Assembly: GCA_046563655.1 (NCBI GenBank)
Contig: CM102290.1
Span: 4,526,001 to 4,590,000, forward strand
Reading direction: 5' to 3'
Source: Yuukianura sp. NJ FZ-2021
Taxonomy: Eukaryota
DNA: 64,000 nt
Shown: positions 1-13,394 of the stretch, piece after piece
How the letters are laid out: each line of letters opens with the position of its first letter
Position numbering within the stretch: the stretch's first letter is position 1
The notes under the pieces: generated by a model
Databases searched by the model: none
Told to the model about the DNA's origin: nothing
What the model saw: only the letters and a program-made list of their open reading frames with translations
Program-made: the position numbers and the translations under genes

Positions 1-1227
1 AGCACAGAATGACCTGGACAAGGTAAATATGAGGGGAGACATGGCCACAGAAATCAATACCATTGCTGTCAGACTACTCGTTGGTAAGTTAAAAGTGACA
101 GAAAAATGTGTTATCAAACTATTTTTGAATGGACTTTGAGTAAGTTATGGTCAACTTATAATAGTAAGTAAGTGCTTGTAGCAGTTAGTGTTTGTAAGAA
201 GATTGTTCAACCGTTCAAGCACACTTACCTCTCGCACCTTTGTCATTGAACTTTCAAATTATTCTGGCTTTAGAATGAAATGACCTTGATATTAAGTTCA
301 GGCTTGTTTCAAGTAAGATAGTTATAAGATGGTATTCTGTTTGCATTGCAATAATGGTGAATCATTCTGCACTCAAACTAATGGTTTCGAAAAAGCTTAA
401 CGTATGAAACCTAATGCACATGCATTTCTCTGATCTACCCGACCTTTGACTTTTTAGTCCATCCGAGAATGGTTTATGAGGCTCCTATAAATTAGTAAGC
501 TGATTCAGCAGTGACCAATAATAAATTAACTTTCCCCTTTCAGACCATCATCGGCGTTTCGAATTGCACATTAAAATCAGTTTAAAACCACAATGCCTTG
601 TTAGCTCGTATCAAATGACAGGGAAGAGCGTAAAAGTCCGTCATTAAATGACAAGGACAAAAGGCTTTCATTCAGCATGATGCGATTTGACATTTAGGGA
701 AGATATGAAATTATGGCGATACGACAACCGCTGGCACTTGAGGTTTGTCTTAGCTACCCAACAGGACACCGATACTAATCTGTACGTACGGATTGTTCGA
801 GCGCTGATGTTTGCAGTTGAAAACTAAAAGCTAGGCGAATTTAATGCTGAAACTACCACTGACAACGCTAGCTAAGTTTGGCGTTGTAAGAAGAATTCCT
901 ATCAATTTTTGGATAGCTCGTGCTTAAGCATTTTATATTGAGGCTTGAATAGATTTTGATTGACTGTTCATTACACTAATACCACTTCAAATATTTAGTG
1001 ACATTTCAACCTCCCTCCAAGGAACGAGGACATATGGAATCTAACATCTAGAATAGTTGGACATAACTTAAGTTAGTGTCAGTTTAGTCTAGTACAACGT
1101 TGCAGCGAATAGGAGGAGCCGAGAATTGGAGCGCGTCTTATTAGTTTATAGTTTATGGTGCATTGTGATTGTGCTTTGACAGTGATTCGTTTGTGTTTTG
1201 TCTCGTAGATTCAACCAGTCTTCGACC

Positions 1228-3182
1228 ATGGAACTACTGGGCTTCATACGGACTTTGCTTCTAGTCATTTCTTTCCACATTGCACATTCTCAGAGCAAAA
1301 TTGACGCTGAGATCTGGAACTATTTTGTTTCCAAATATTCCAATGGAACTGGACGAAGTTACTTAACGTCATCGGAGGTCGCAACGCTCATACGCCAGCA
1401 TCAAAACTCTACCAGCAATTGTCAACCATGTCAATCAACTGTCGTCCAGCCAAATACGTCCACTACAGCAACTTGTGCTCTCGTTGCCCCACTGGAATCT
1501 CAAATATTTGATTTGACCTCATCTTGTTCTCAAATCCTTTATGCAATTGATAATCCGAATTGTTGGTCTTCAATTCCAACGTCTAACAAAGGTGCTGCTG
1601 CTGCTAGTGACTTATGGCCTGACGTGAAACCCGAAGGTACTCCAGTTGGAACTCGAAATGAAGATGCCCCACCCAAACCGTCGGCGGGGGAAGTGTGGGG
1701 GTACGGAATACTGCTGGTCACCGTAATTAGTTGCAGCTCCTTGGCTGGAGTAAGCGTTATGCCGTTCATGGGAAAGAAATTGTACAAAAATATTCTCACG
1801 ATGCTAATTGGACTGGCTGTCGGATCACTTACTGGAAGCTCCATATTTCATCTCATTCCCCAGGTATGTAGTAATCATCTTTAATCAATGCGTGAACGTG
1901 TGTTTCTATTACATATGTAAGATTACGCCTGTGTTGTTTTACAGGCGTATGGACTTTTTGAACGCACTGGTTCGCACAATTACCTGTATACTTCTCTAGT
2001 TATCTGTGGCGGGATCTGGATGTTTTTCATGGTGGAACGCCTTCTTAAAGTAGTTATGGAACACAAACAGGTAAACTTTTCAGATGCTTTCTAAGATGAC
2101 AATGAAATGTACACTATTATAAACTAACATTGGACGTGTATATTTGCAGAGGAATGATGAGGAATGGAAGAAAGCCAAAAAGGCAACTATGTACTCAAAC
2201 ACACCGGAGGCAAGCACAATTTCTATATTGGCTGAAAACGGAATCGACAAAGCAGCTCCTAATGGGAACCACAACGCTTCATTTAGCTCCCAAACATCTA
2301 ACGGCATAATTTACGAATGTCAAGAGCAAGCTATTAAGGCCTCTTTTGGGCATCAAGAGGTCAGCACTCGTCTGCTTCATTTAAAAAAATTAACATTTTG
2401 GAATTTGTATTAATTTTCAATTTTCAGAAGCCAAAATGCAGCGGCGGGCATGAGAAACTAGTAAAATTTGATCAAAACAAAGACAGCGTGATTGCAACTG
2501 TTGCGTGGATGATAATTTTTGGTGATGGACTTCACAACTTTATTGACGGACTGTCAATTGGAGCAGCTTTCAATCAAAGTATTTTGACTGGTGTCAGTAT
2601 AAGTGTTGCTGTACTGTGTGAAGAGCTGCCTCACGAATTAGGTTGGTAAATTTATATCTAATAACTTTTGTATTTACTTTGTTGACCTAACCGAACACAA
2701 GGAATCGAACATCTATCAAGTGTTAAAAATAATTTGGTTTCTCTGAATAATTTCAGGAGACTTTGCCGTACTGCTCAATGCTGGTATGTCCATACGCCAA
2801 GCGCTTATTTACAACTTTCTCTCTGCGTGTACTTGCTACATTGGGTTAGCAATTGGCATCTTCTTGGGAGAATTGGAAGCCAGCGTTTATATTTTTGGCC
2901 TAGCTGGCGGAATGTTCCTCTACATAGCTCTTGTGGATATGGTAAACAACTTTTATGACACTGACGCTTTCAAACATGACGTACAATGTAATAACTTTTC
3001 ATTGTCTTTTGTTCAATTGTTTGATACTTTAGGTGCCTGAAATGAACGAAGTTGCCGAAGAGTCTAGTAAAATATCTGTGAGAGACGGACTGAAAGTGTT
3101 AATTCTGCAAAATATTGGGATGCTAACTGGGGTCACTACTCTCTTTGTATTGGCTATGTATCAAGATAACATTCAATTTTAA
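1228..3182 (+). CDS. LIV-1 family ZIP (SLC39) metal transporter, ZIP8/ZIP14-like, copy A; 6 coding exons, about 506 aa
   Basis: Exons 1228-1863, 1945-2070, 2150-2359, 2428-2641, 2757-2941, 3033-3182 joined by GT-AG introns give an open frame of 1521 nt. It has a signal-peptide-like N-terminus ([16 protein letters not shown]), a PAL-like motif [19 protein letters not shown] before TM1, TM4 [10 protein letters not shown] and TM5 [18 protein letters not shown] instead of HEXPHE is the ZIP8/ZIP14 signature. Confidence 0.93.
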
Positions 3183-4448
3183 GTCATTTCGTATAGTGTT
3201 AGGAAGGCTTAGATTAACAATTTATTTTTCTCAGTGTTCGTTTTTTTTAGAGTGTGCGCTGAGGATTATTTAATAATTTAGTAACGCCAACTTTAGGGAA
3301 TCCGGCAACGATTGCATATCTCTAGATTTATTTAGTTTTTCATTGGTGCAAAATCCATTGGTTTGGTAGGTCCATACATTATAATCGTGTATGGTTAACT
3401 TAGGGATTCTTAGGCTAGTAATTAACTATCAATTACTGCATTTAACACCTTGGGTCGAGTACTTTGTCAATATTTTTAGACGTAATTTATTGCTACAGTT
3501 GACACTGCACTGACACTAGCAGTTTAAAAACTAGAAGAATTTTGAACATCACAAGAGTAATAAAGTGATAGTTTAGCTCTATTCACCTCCGTTACTGATT
3601 TTTTTTATAAAACCTTAACTTTATCAATCGGGTACTTAACTTGTCAATATCTCTTTTGTGAATGTTTTTAGTTTTAGTATCAGCTTTAGTTTTTAGTTTT
3701 AGAGTTCAACTCCTCAAAGATTGGAAGTGCCTTGTCAATCCTTGTGGTTAACGTCGATGTTAAATTGCCTGCGACATTAATTGACGTTTGAGGGAGTGAT
3801 GATCGGAGTAGTGGAGGTAATCGCTTTGAAGCTACGTGTTGAGCACTTTTAGGATACTTTGGCATCCTAGCAAATATTATGTTTTACTGGTAGTTGTTTT
3901 GTTGGGATTTTTTTGTTTTACCCTTTAACGTACTGTTTCACTCTTTAATACAATCTAATCTGGAATACGAGTGTTGATTTTAAGTGTATACTGGGAAATG
4001 AGGAAAGCAGTTAGTAGAAAAGTTATCGGACACCATGGAATGAATAAGCCAAGAGGCTCTATCCTTCCCAATTGATCTGAAGGGGTATCAGTGACGCTGA
4101 ACTGCGTGCGTGACTGGAATCGGTGAGTTATTTTCCGTATTTATGGCCAATTACAGTAAACCTTTACTCATTTTCACCTTTATGTACAGATTTTGACTCA
4201 ATTGTTTGTTTTGTTTGGTTCTTTTAAAGGTAGGTGCTAATTTTTAGGTGATGCTGAGCAGTCAAAAGTTTCCGATTCCATAAACAAAAGTTGGCGACAC
4301 GCATTTGGTCAGTACGAAAAACGAACATTCGCTGACTGAAGCAGATTAGAATCGTTTTCACATTTTTGCGTGTCGATGCTGTACTGATTGTGCTGTTCAA
4401 AACGCGGCAACATTTATCAGTAACTTCTCTACCACGGGTGACATTGTC

Positions 4449-6185
4449 ATGAATAACACGCTTCTGGACGCCAAGCATGGAACTGATAGGATGGACGATT
4501 CAAATGTCGCCGAGTTGACAGCGTTAGAAAGTACTAAACGTTTTGACCTTACAATATTCTAGTATACTATAAAAAGCATACATTTGATATGACTTTTTTC
4601 TTAGTTTGGGGTTATGGATTCCTGTTTGTGACGGTTATTAATCTTTCGTCGGTGATGGGAATTCTGTTTTTTCCATTAATGAAAAAGAGCTTCTATACAC
4701 TCGTCATGCGCAGTATGATTGGACTCGCAGTTGGATCCCTCAGCGGCTCTGCCATTTTTCATTTAATTCCACAGGTATTAAGGCCGTTGAAACTAATTAT
4801 TGAAATTGTTGAATGGAATTAACTGCAAAGTATTGTTTGGCTTTAAGGCATTTGGACTTTCACATGCTTCTGCCAACAGTTACACTTTTGTTGCAAGCTT
4901 CATTTGGTTGGCCATTTGGATCGTCATGATTTTGGAATGTGCCATTAAAATCACGGTCAAATCAAGAGCAGTAAGTTTTCGGATGAACATCCATTACAAA
5001 TTGATTTTTCACGAAAAAAAAAAGAAGCATTTTTTTAATCTAAATGATCTTAGAAATCTAAAAATCTAATGATTCGAATATCTGCAAACTAGAACTTAAG
5101 ATTCTAAGCTTGTTTGAAGTTTTGATTATGATGTTTTGCATCAGTAGAAAAGTTACAATCTAAACATGAAAGTTAAAACATCTTCAAAGATCACTTTTTA
5201 AACCAATACGTATGAAATCTTTTGTTGATGATTTTAACAGAGAAAACGACAGAAGAGGCGCGTAAAACAATCAGAAGCAGAAGGTCAGCCACTCAGACAG
5301 TCCAATAACAACGCCAAACTAAATGGTGATGTCAAGCATGTTGACTTGGTCACAATTCCTACAATTGACGTTACAGAGGACACGCTGAGTAATGGCGTCA
5401 TTTCGGATCTTGGTTCGAACGATGATGTCCATGCGAACAAGCCCTTGGTAGAAAATGGTTCAAATTAATTACTTTTCATTTAAATGAATTAATGAATTTG
5501 CAAACTTGATTTAAAACATTCAGAATTACTCGGAGATGGCAGTTCATCACAGTACGCTGAGTCTCAACAGAGTACTGGATTTGACTGACACGACGAAGAT
5601 GGACGACGGAGACAAGTCAATCAAAACCGTTGCCTGGATAGTCATTATTGGAGACAGTTTGCATAACTTCATTGATGGAGTGTCCATCGGAGCTGGATTT
5701 TCACAGAGCTTCTCAACTGGACTAATTTTGTCACTGACTGTCATTTGTGAAGAATTTCCCCACGAACTCGGAGATTTTGCGATTCTAATTAACTCTGGCC
5801 TCAGTGTCAAACGAGCAATTCTGTTTAATTTTCTGTCCGCAATTACATGCTACCTTGGTTTGGTTCTCGGAATCGTCTTAGGCAAAATTGAATTTGAACA
5901 TGTCATTTTTGGCTTTGCTGCTGGAATTTTTCTCTACGTTTCCCTAGCGGATATGGTAAAACATTTGTGCAATTTGTATGCAATTGTACCTTCAAGCAGG
6001 AAAATCTAAAAGTTACTAACTTGCACAATCGTACTTTAATATTTTAGGTTCCGGAAATAACGGAAGCAATTGACGAAGCCAGTGACGTCTCGGCTCAGAA
6101 TGCTTGGCTTGTGCTGCTCAATCATCACATTGGAATCGTTGTCGGAATTTTAATCTTATACATTTTGGCAATAAATTCCAATTGA
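4449..6185 (+). CDS. LIV-1 family ZIP transporter, ZIP8/ZIP14-like, tandem paralog B; about 383 aa, start codon uncertain
   Basis: Exons 4449-4530, 4605-4774, 4848-4970, 5241-5447, 5524-5955, 6048-6185 give 1152 nt in frame. Motifs EIWGYG, GLAVGSLSGSAIFHLIPQ, GDSLHNFIDG, CEEFPHELGDFA, FLYVSLADMVPE. An in-frame stop lies upstream of ATG 4449, but a further upstream coding exon cannot be excluded. Confidence 0.85.
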
Positions 6186-6616
6186 GAATGCGCATTGCAC
6201 AACTTTTGTTAGCCTAACAATGTTAGCTATTGTGCAAACTTCGATATTTTTATTATAAAAGAGATTTAGCGCAGCTAATGAAAATCAAGGACAACCAACG
6301 CAGCGTTCTTTTGTTGACCTTCCTGCCTCGTGTAGGTTACGAATTGGAAACAGTGGGATGCATGGAATGTTTATGTAATTCGGGCTACACAAGGAAAATA
6401 TAGACGGAAATGACGATTTTTCCAAGAAGTTAAAAAGTTGTAACAAAATACTACGGAGAACTTCACTTCCGTCACACTTTTACTCCACTTATTTCTCAAG
6501 TCCAAAGATCGTACTTTCTTCATTCACATTGTAACGATTGAATACAAAATTTCCTCAATCAGAATTAAAAACAGGTCTATTCAAAATTTCATGTTCTAAA
6601 TTTCATTTATCATAAA

Positions 6617-7514
6617 ATGAGTCAAGTAGAACTAAAAATTACAGTGGTAGGTGACAATTCAGTTGGAAAAACACAATTATTGAAATCATATTTGGAACAT
6701 TTCTTCACCAAAGAAGATTCCGCAAATTCAGACCAACTTCAGTAAGATATTTTTACTAAAAGAACCTCTAAAAGAAACTAAAACTATAAAATAAATAGTA
6801 CTTAAATACTTATCCAAACATAATTAAACTATGAGAACCATGTTAACATTGTCACCTGCAGTTAGAATTCAAATCGTTTTAAGTATTTTGAAAATTACGT
6901 TAATGGGCTATTGTCACTGTTTGTTAAATAGATCTGAAAACTATTACATAAAACATACCACAATGGATGGAATCAGATACAAGCTACACTTATGGGATAC
7001 TTCCTCTCGGCTCGAGCCGCGCATGGTCAGCACTTTAATCTACCCTAAAGTAAGCTTAATCAATACTTCGGAGTACAATTAGACGATAAATCAAAGGGGA
7101 TTTCTAATTAACAAATTTTCAGACCAATTGCTTTATACTTTGCTACGCTGTCTGCAACGGTCAAACTTTTACAAGCATTTGCAAGAAGTGGATTCCAGAG
7201 ATTCAAAAGAACTGTGCTAATGCTAGGATAATTGTTGTCGGTAAGAACGTTAAGTTCAAAAGAAGAATGAGATTTACTAAGAAGATCCTAACTTGATTGT
7301 ACTTCTATATTTACTAGGAACAAAATTAGATTTGAAGAACTGTTACGGCGCCACGCGCGTCCCTGACATGGCTCTGGAAAGTTTAATACTCAAGTACAAA
7401 GTTGACGCCCTGGTGGAATGCTCTTCGAAAACGCTCGAAGGGGTTAATCAGGTTTTTAAGGAGGCAATACATTCCGCTTGTCATCAAAAAAATGCAGTAT
7501 GTCTTATACAGTGA
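6617..7514 (+). CDS. Divergent Rho/Rac/Cdc42-like small GTPase, 185 aa, C-terminal CaaX
   Basis: Exons 6617-6741, 6932-7049, 7123-7240, 7318-7514 (558 nt, in frame). LKITVVGDNSVGKT (G1), LHLWDT (G3 region), YPKTNCFILCYAV, KKWIPEI, IIVVGTKLDL (G4), VECSSKT (G5), and C-terminal CLIQ. Confidence 0.88.
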
Positions 7515-7687
7515 AATTAAAGTAGTTTTTTAGAATGTGTAAGTATGTAAAATGAAACATAATAATGTGTAAAGAAACATGGGTTAATTAAATGAACAAC
7601 TCTAACCTTTCTATGGAGGCATCATATGAACTTGAAAATAGAGCATAAGCTTTAACACTTTATGTGTTGACAGTAGGAGAGACTAAC

Positions 7688-9394
7688 TTATATGGTTTGG
7701 AGCATTCGTTTTGCCAAGTCGCTCTCCACCTCGAAATCAGAAGCTTCTTGTTCATCGATCTGCAACAAAAAAAAATGCAGAACGTAGGAATTTTACAAAC
7801 TTTAAGCGAAGTACAAGTGGATTTGTAAAGCATTGATATTCTTACCTGTTGTCGAACTTTGGTGCATGCTGCAGCATCGGCACCAGCGTCGAGAGCTTTC
7901 TGCAGAAGTGAGCGGGCATCAGACAAGGCACCCACCATTAGCTTGGCTCTGGCAAATCTGTATGACAAGTTTACTTTAAACTTAATAGTTAAATAGTTTA
8001 AATGCGAATACTTTCAGTTACTGCCATGTACTAATTACCTGTACAGTAATTTATCAACGTACTGCGTGGATGGCTGATGAAGTCCGTTCTTACAGGCGTT
8101 GCAAGCTTGCGGGCCTTTGTTCAAGCGCAAGTACGAAAGCGCTAGATTACAGAAGCACGACGCCAAAAAATTTCCTCTTGCCGAATGCTGGTCATCGCTC
8201 ACTTTCCAAAAGTCTTCCAGCATATCGATTGCATGCCGATATCTACACAAAGACAAAGTTAGCAAACCAAGCATATTATGTACCCAAACTCTCAAACTTT
8301 CAATATTGAGATTCTAAAACTGTTGTAAAAACAATAAATACGTATTAAAACAGGGTTAACTTGAGATTAGCTTAATTTTGATTACCCTCTCACAGCCTTG
8401 CTGAAGTTATTTCGACTAAACTCGTCATTAGCATTTTTGCGGACACGCTTGGCAGCATCCAACACTAGATTAAAATTGAGGTTCCTCAATTCCGCTCGGC
8501 TCATGAATACAGGATCATCCACTTGGCTCGGTTGAATGATGCTAACCATTCTCACATTGAACACAACCTGACATTCTGTAATTTAAATTCCGTTTAAATA
8601 ATATTGTTACCTTGTCAAAAATTCTTTTATATGTAAAACAAGACGTAACGTTTGTCTAACCTGGAGGGATACGTGGTGGACAACCAACTGACCCAAAAGC
8701 ATACGCCGGTTGAATCAAAACTTGAGCAACTTCCTTTATCTGCATAGACTTTATGGCAATCCTGAGGCCTGTAATAAGGTCGCAGTTCTCATCATCCACA
8801 ATAACACTTCGGCCCCCTCTTTGTGTAGAGGCATCGAACTTTTCCAGAGTTTCGCCAATAAAGCCGACATAATGGAACATTATTTTAGCACCTTTCGGAG
8901 GCAGAAATCCTGTCCCCTTTTCCAGAACCTAACACAATTTCAAAACAAAATCACCATGTTACAGTCAACCACAAAGATAAACTGTACAAAATGCTAGAGT
9001 GGTAGGTGAATCTTGTCAACTTACTAATTTCTTGACACCTCCATCAGGAGTAACATCTTCACAAGCGTCGGCTAGTCCTTGCATAAGTGGAGGAGTGTGG
9101 AGATTAACCCGTTTCTCCGGTGCTTCCGTTTCTGGACCAAGTTTCCAAAGTTCATCGTCCGATTCTTCATCAGTGAAGTAGAGGTCATCCAGCTCAAAAT
9201 CTTGTTCGATATCACCCGCAAATCTTGCTCCGCGACACAATTGTCTGAAAAATATCCAACATCTCCACTTACTATTCTGACGCAAATTACAAGCGGGTAG
9301 TAGTGACCTCATTTGTCCCAACATACTGGATAGACAATTCGCGGAATACAGGCTTAGTATCGTTCACGTCCTCTCCTTGGTGCGATTCGTCCAT
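7688..9394 (-). CDS. shu: FKBP6/shutdown-like FKBP-type PPIase domain plus TPR co-chaperone, about 377 aa
   Basis: Exons 9394-9327, 9244-9025, 8928-8661, 8575-8386, 8242-8039, 7957-7846, 7759-7688 (1134 nt, in frame). Acidic N-terminus, DVTPDGGVKKLVLEKG, FDAS, YAFGSVGCPPRIPP (typical of FKBP6), then TPR-like helices (CNLALSYLRL; KLLYRFARAKL). Confidence 0.85.
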
Positions 9395-12300
9395 TCTTGT
9401 TATTCCACTCCAAATCTAAATAAATAAACAAGTTAAATATTAACTGTAATGCTCATTTGCCTACAAAAGCATAGCATCCTTGACCTTCCTGAATTAGTGA
9501 ACATTTTCATAACCGTTTCGTAAAGCATGGCATTTTCTAGGGTTTCGTCGACATCGGCTTGATTATAAGGCTTCCTATGCCTCCTCTATTTCGTCACCCA
9601 GAATTCCCAAATCCTGGTACGAAATTACTGGCAGAGTTGATATTTGGAGAATATAAAATCTCACTACATGTTAGTTTCTCTTGTTTTATAATTTAAAATT
9701 ATATAATCCGAAGAAAGTGAGTGCAAAAATAATAGCACGAGTTGCTTTCTAGTAAATTACAAGCTTTTAAAAGTATTTATATACTCTTTGGATTTACGAA
9801 ATCCGGTACATGTGCTCTGCCCAAAACGTCAAAGCAGCAAAAAGAGCAATCCTCACTAATCTGTGGTCGATGCTTGTCCTTACGTCGTGTCACAACTTTC
9901 GCCGCCCTTCCCATACGACATTGTCAACAAGGGTAAATGCCTAATTTGAAGTATTAAAACTTGAACGCATAATGAATCCTAATCCCCTTGGACTTCCATA
10001 AGCCTCGAGCCCTTCAAAAAGCGACAACTTTTGACTGATCCCTAGTTTCCAGTTTGAGGTTCCTAGCATAATTAGCGTTTTGAACAAACAAAAGTTATGA
10101 AATACATCCAAGTATCTGTCACAAAATGTAACTTGAATGGGATCCGATTTCGGTGGATGGCCGGAACTTTGGAGGAGGGATTAGTCTTCTGCTCCTCCCT
10201 TGCCATTTATATCATGTTTCAACACCTTTTCCATCTTCCGGCTCACAGCATGGTGCAATGCACCTTTTGCCTTATGTCAGGAAGCAAACGGTAATAGAAC
10301 GATGGCAATTTCCGTAGCCGGAAGCTGGATATGAATACATCGTACAATCCTCTCCTTATGAATGGGACTTGAAACTTAGATTTTACAAGTTAGGCTGCGT
10401 AGTTTGCTAAACTACCGAAGGTTAAACATTACTGGAGTCTCTTCCTTTCTAACTTTTTGTGTCATGTTTGTTAACTTTTTAGAAACGCTCCTTATAAAGC
10501 TGTATTGAAGTTGTTTTCCATAAGGCACGGAGTACGATAAGTATCTTCATGACATTGTCCACCAGTCCACTCAAGTATCCATAATCAACTGGGACTGGGA
10601 GTACTTACTCAGACGAACGAAAACGACGAGACTTCACTTGTAAATTCTCCTTTAACTTCCTATCTGCAAAATAATACCAAAGCCGATTGTTTAAAACATA
10701 TCAAATAACAATGAAATACAAAACAGAAGTAATGAATAGCAGCAATAGGTGACGAGACGAACCTGAGTTTGAAGATGAACTAAAATGTGTGTACCTCTCC
10801 AGTCTCAAGTTTCGATCGACCAGTGTTGGATTAAAACCAGCGATTAATGACTAGTCTCCCGTGATAACGATTTTCTGTCATTCCCGTACACACAGTTGCA
10901 AGATTCCAGTTGACACAGGTCACAAGTAACAGTTTCAGACGGATTTGAGTAAGCGGTTAAAGTACGGACTGACGTTCGTGATTGCACCCACAGAGTGTAT
11001 TCAGACCGGCGGCATTCTCACTGGCTACAATATGTGGCTATAAGTGGGAACTTAAGTAGCCACTTTAATTTACTCTAAAGTGGCATCATCGGTTGCCGAA
11101 CAGTGTAGCCACAACCACACTGTGGGACTGCACCACGCTTTTTTTAACCTCACTTCAACCGAGGAAGCAGTTACCGTAGACTTTGTCCAACCAAAAAGAG
11201 GGAAAATAGCACACTTCAAATTCAAATTTCCCTCTCGCTTGATTGTCAAATGTATTTCGGAAGGGGTAAAATGAGACACATTTTTGAATTGATTTACTGT
11301 AGTGCTCTATTTTAAATTATTCAATTATACTTTAAATTATTGTATTCAATTGTTGAAGTACAGGTAGGATGGAGACAGAGCTCAAATGTCAATACAGGTG
11401 TGATTACCATAGAACTATGGACACAATGGACCAATGTCCCACAACAAAGCCAACACCCTCATCTCAAATCACCTGGATGAAGCCACAAGTTCAACAAATA
11501 GACAATCATCAACCAGGGGAAAGACTAAAATACAGGGCGATTTCATCAAGTAATCAAGCTTCGTGATCAACCAATTAACAATTGGTTGGATGGTTCCTTT
11601 CTGTGGAGAAAGTTATACGTTCATTGGGGCGCAGAAAGTTGCTTTCTCTCTCCCTCGTCTTCATTTTACTCACAGCCACTCAATTCTCGTTGGGCGTGTG
11701 ATCCCTTTTGTTACGATTTTCATTTTAAAGTCCAAACTTATTAAACAATATTCCTTTTTATCAAAATTTTAAAATTGCATTCAATTTCGAGCAGTTAATA
11801 TAGAAATTGGATTGACTTTCGAACAATTCTGAAAATTGTTACAAATTTAGTGTTATGTTATAGTTTTCCGTTTCTCAATTTTTTTTTCAATCATCCATAA
11901 TCTGTAAGTGAAAATAAATGAAAATACCGTTAAGGTTTGGGCTTTTCTATGAAGAGGAACCGGATACTTTCTTCCGCGTAACCTGAGTCGGTTCTAATGA
12001 GCCAGAAATTTCTCGTAACCTTATAACCCATCATGGGATTTAGGCCTATGACGCTAGAAAGTCATGGTTAAGCGATTGAGTATCGCACCGAGTTCCACAT
12101 GTCATCGTCACAAGCTGGAACAGCTACGCCACGGATTCATGACCTTTCGACTTTCATTGAAACTGCGTCCTGCTGAAACGTTTTTATTTTTAGTATTTCA
12201 ATTTCAATAAAAAACGACGGATAATTCTGTAGAAGGCATGATACAATTCCAATTGACAATTACAGTTTTCATATGCTGAAGACCTGCCTTTACTAGTAGA

Positions 12301-13347
12301 AATCACTCTTCTGATGATCAAAAATTTTAACATCGATTACGCAAGAAATCGTGGAAGCATCTTCTGAAAGTAAATCATTTCAGAGTTGGAGTCGATGAAG
12401 CATCAAACAAACTCCGGTGTAGAAGGTTAGCTCATGTTACATGACAACGCTGTTTCCTACAAAGCATTTTGTTCGAAGTGTCGGCAATGGTCTTGGAACT
12501 CAGGTAGACCACTGAACTTAAAGCACTGAAGAGCTATTGTAGATACAATGTTAAGATCTAGGTTAGAATCCTAGTCAAGTGAAAGGAAGGGTGATTTTTG
12601 ATCCTATTAAGCCCTTGTGAACCCAAACCAGATTCAAAGCCTTGATGACTACGACCAGGATCAACTGCCCTTTTGTTTTCGAATACAGACACAATTTCAG
12701 TGTATGGCGTAACGTTGTCTCTGAGCCCTTTCAACTTAGGCTCGTAGATACCCGGAGTTCTAGTTACTACTAAACCGCAGACCAGTTGACACGTTGTGCC
12801 TTCAGACATGTTCATGCTAGTGTGAATGTTCATACGAAAAACTACCTAATTACAAAATCAGTCATTTCTTCACATAAAATTATTTTAAAATAAGTCACTG
12901 ACTTGTTTTTTTGTGTTGCATCATTTCAAACTTTAAGTGTCAGCGAAATTTTTGGAAAACAAGAATTTAGTAAACCTCGCCCTCTAACTAGCTTGGGCTT
13001 CGGTAAGTTTGGATACTTTATTATGTTTGTTTTTAAAGTAATGTGAACATTTGAATTTCTTAAAATAAAAATCATCTCATAAGACATAAATTTTGGACTA
13101 AAGTTCGCTTTCACAAAATTTTGGAAAACTTTAGTTTGTCTTACAATTAGTCTTCTGAAAACGCATGTCTTACCATTGGTAGCATTTTTAAGACGATTTT
13201 GTTTTTTGTTTTAAATTCCCCTTGAAAGAAATCGTTCAGTTAGAGCGATGACAATTTTCCGTGTCGATGCAAGTTATTAATTCGCCAAAATTGCTACATG
13301 TTGCATATTATTCAAGTTTTGAAATTTTTCTTTCGAAACATTCGAAA

Positions 13348-13394
13348 AAATGATTTTTGAAATGAGGAAAATTTCCTCATTTCAAAAATCATTT
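13348..13394. repeat. Perfect inverted repeat, 23-bp arms with 1-nt spacer
   Basis: aaatgatttttgaaatgaggaaa (13348-13370), a, tttcctcatttcaaaaatcattt (13372-13394); the arms are exact reverse complements. Confidence 0.95.

Noticed and set aside
368..374. TGCACTC, a metal-response-element core upstream of ZIP copy A
   Set aside because: It is the only match I found, and one degenerate 7-mer in about 1 kb can occur by chance.
1539..1844. Antisense ORFs over coding exons (also 5547-5810, 8070-8317, 21980-22177, 22887-23189, 34639-34896, 63348-63572)
   Set aside because: These are shadow frames of the real genes on the opposite strand.
12311..12367. TGATGA ... CTGA resembling a C/D box snoRNA
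   Set aside because: Too short, no convincing terminal stem, no recognisable guide sequence and no evident host intron.
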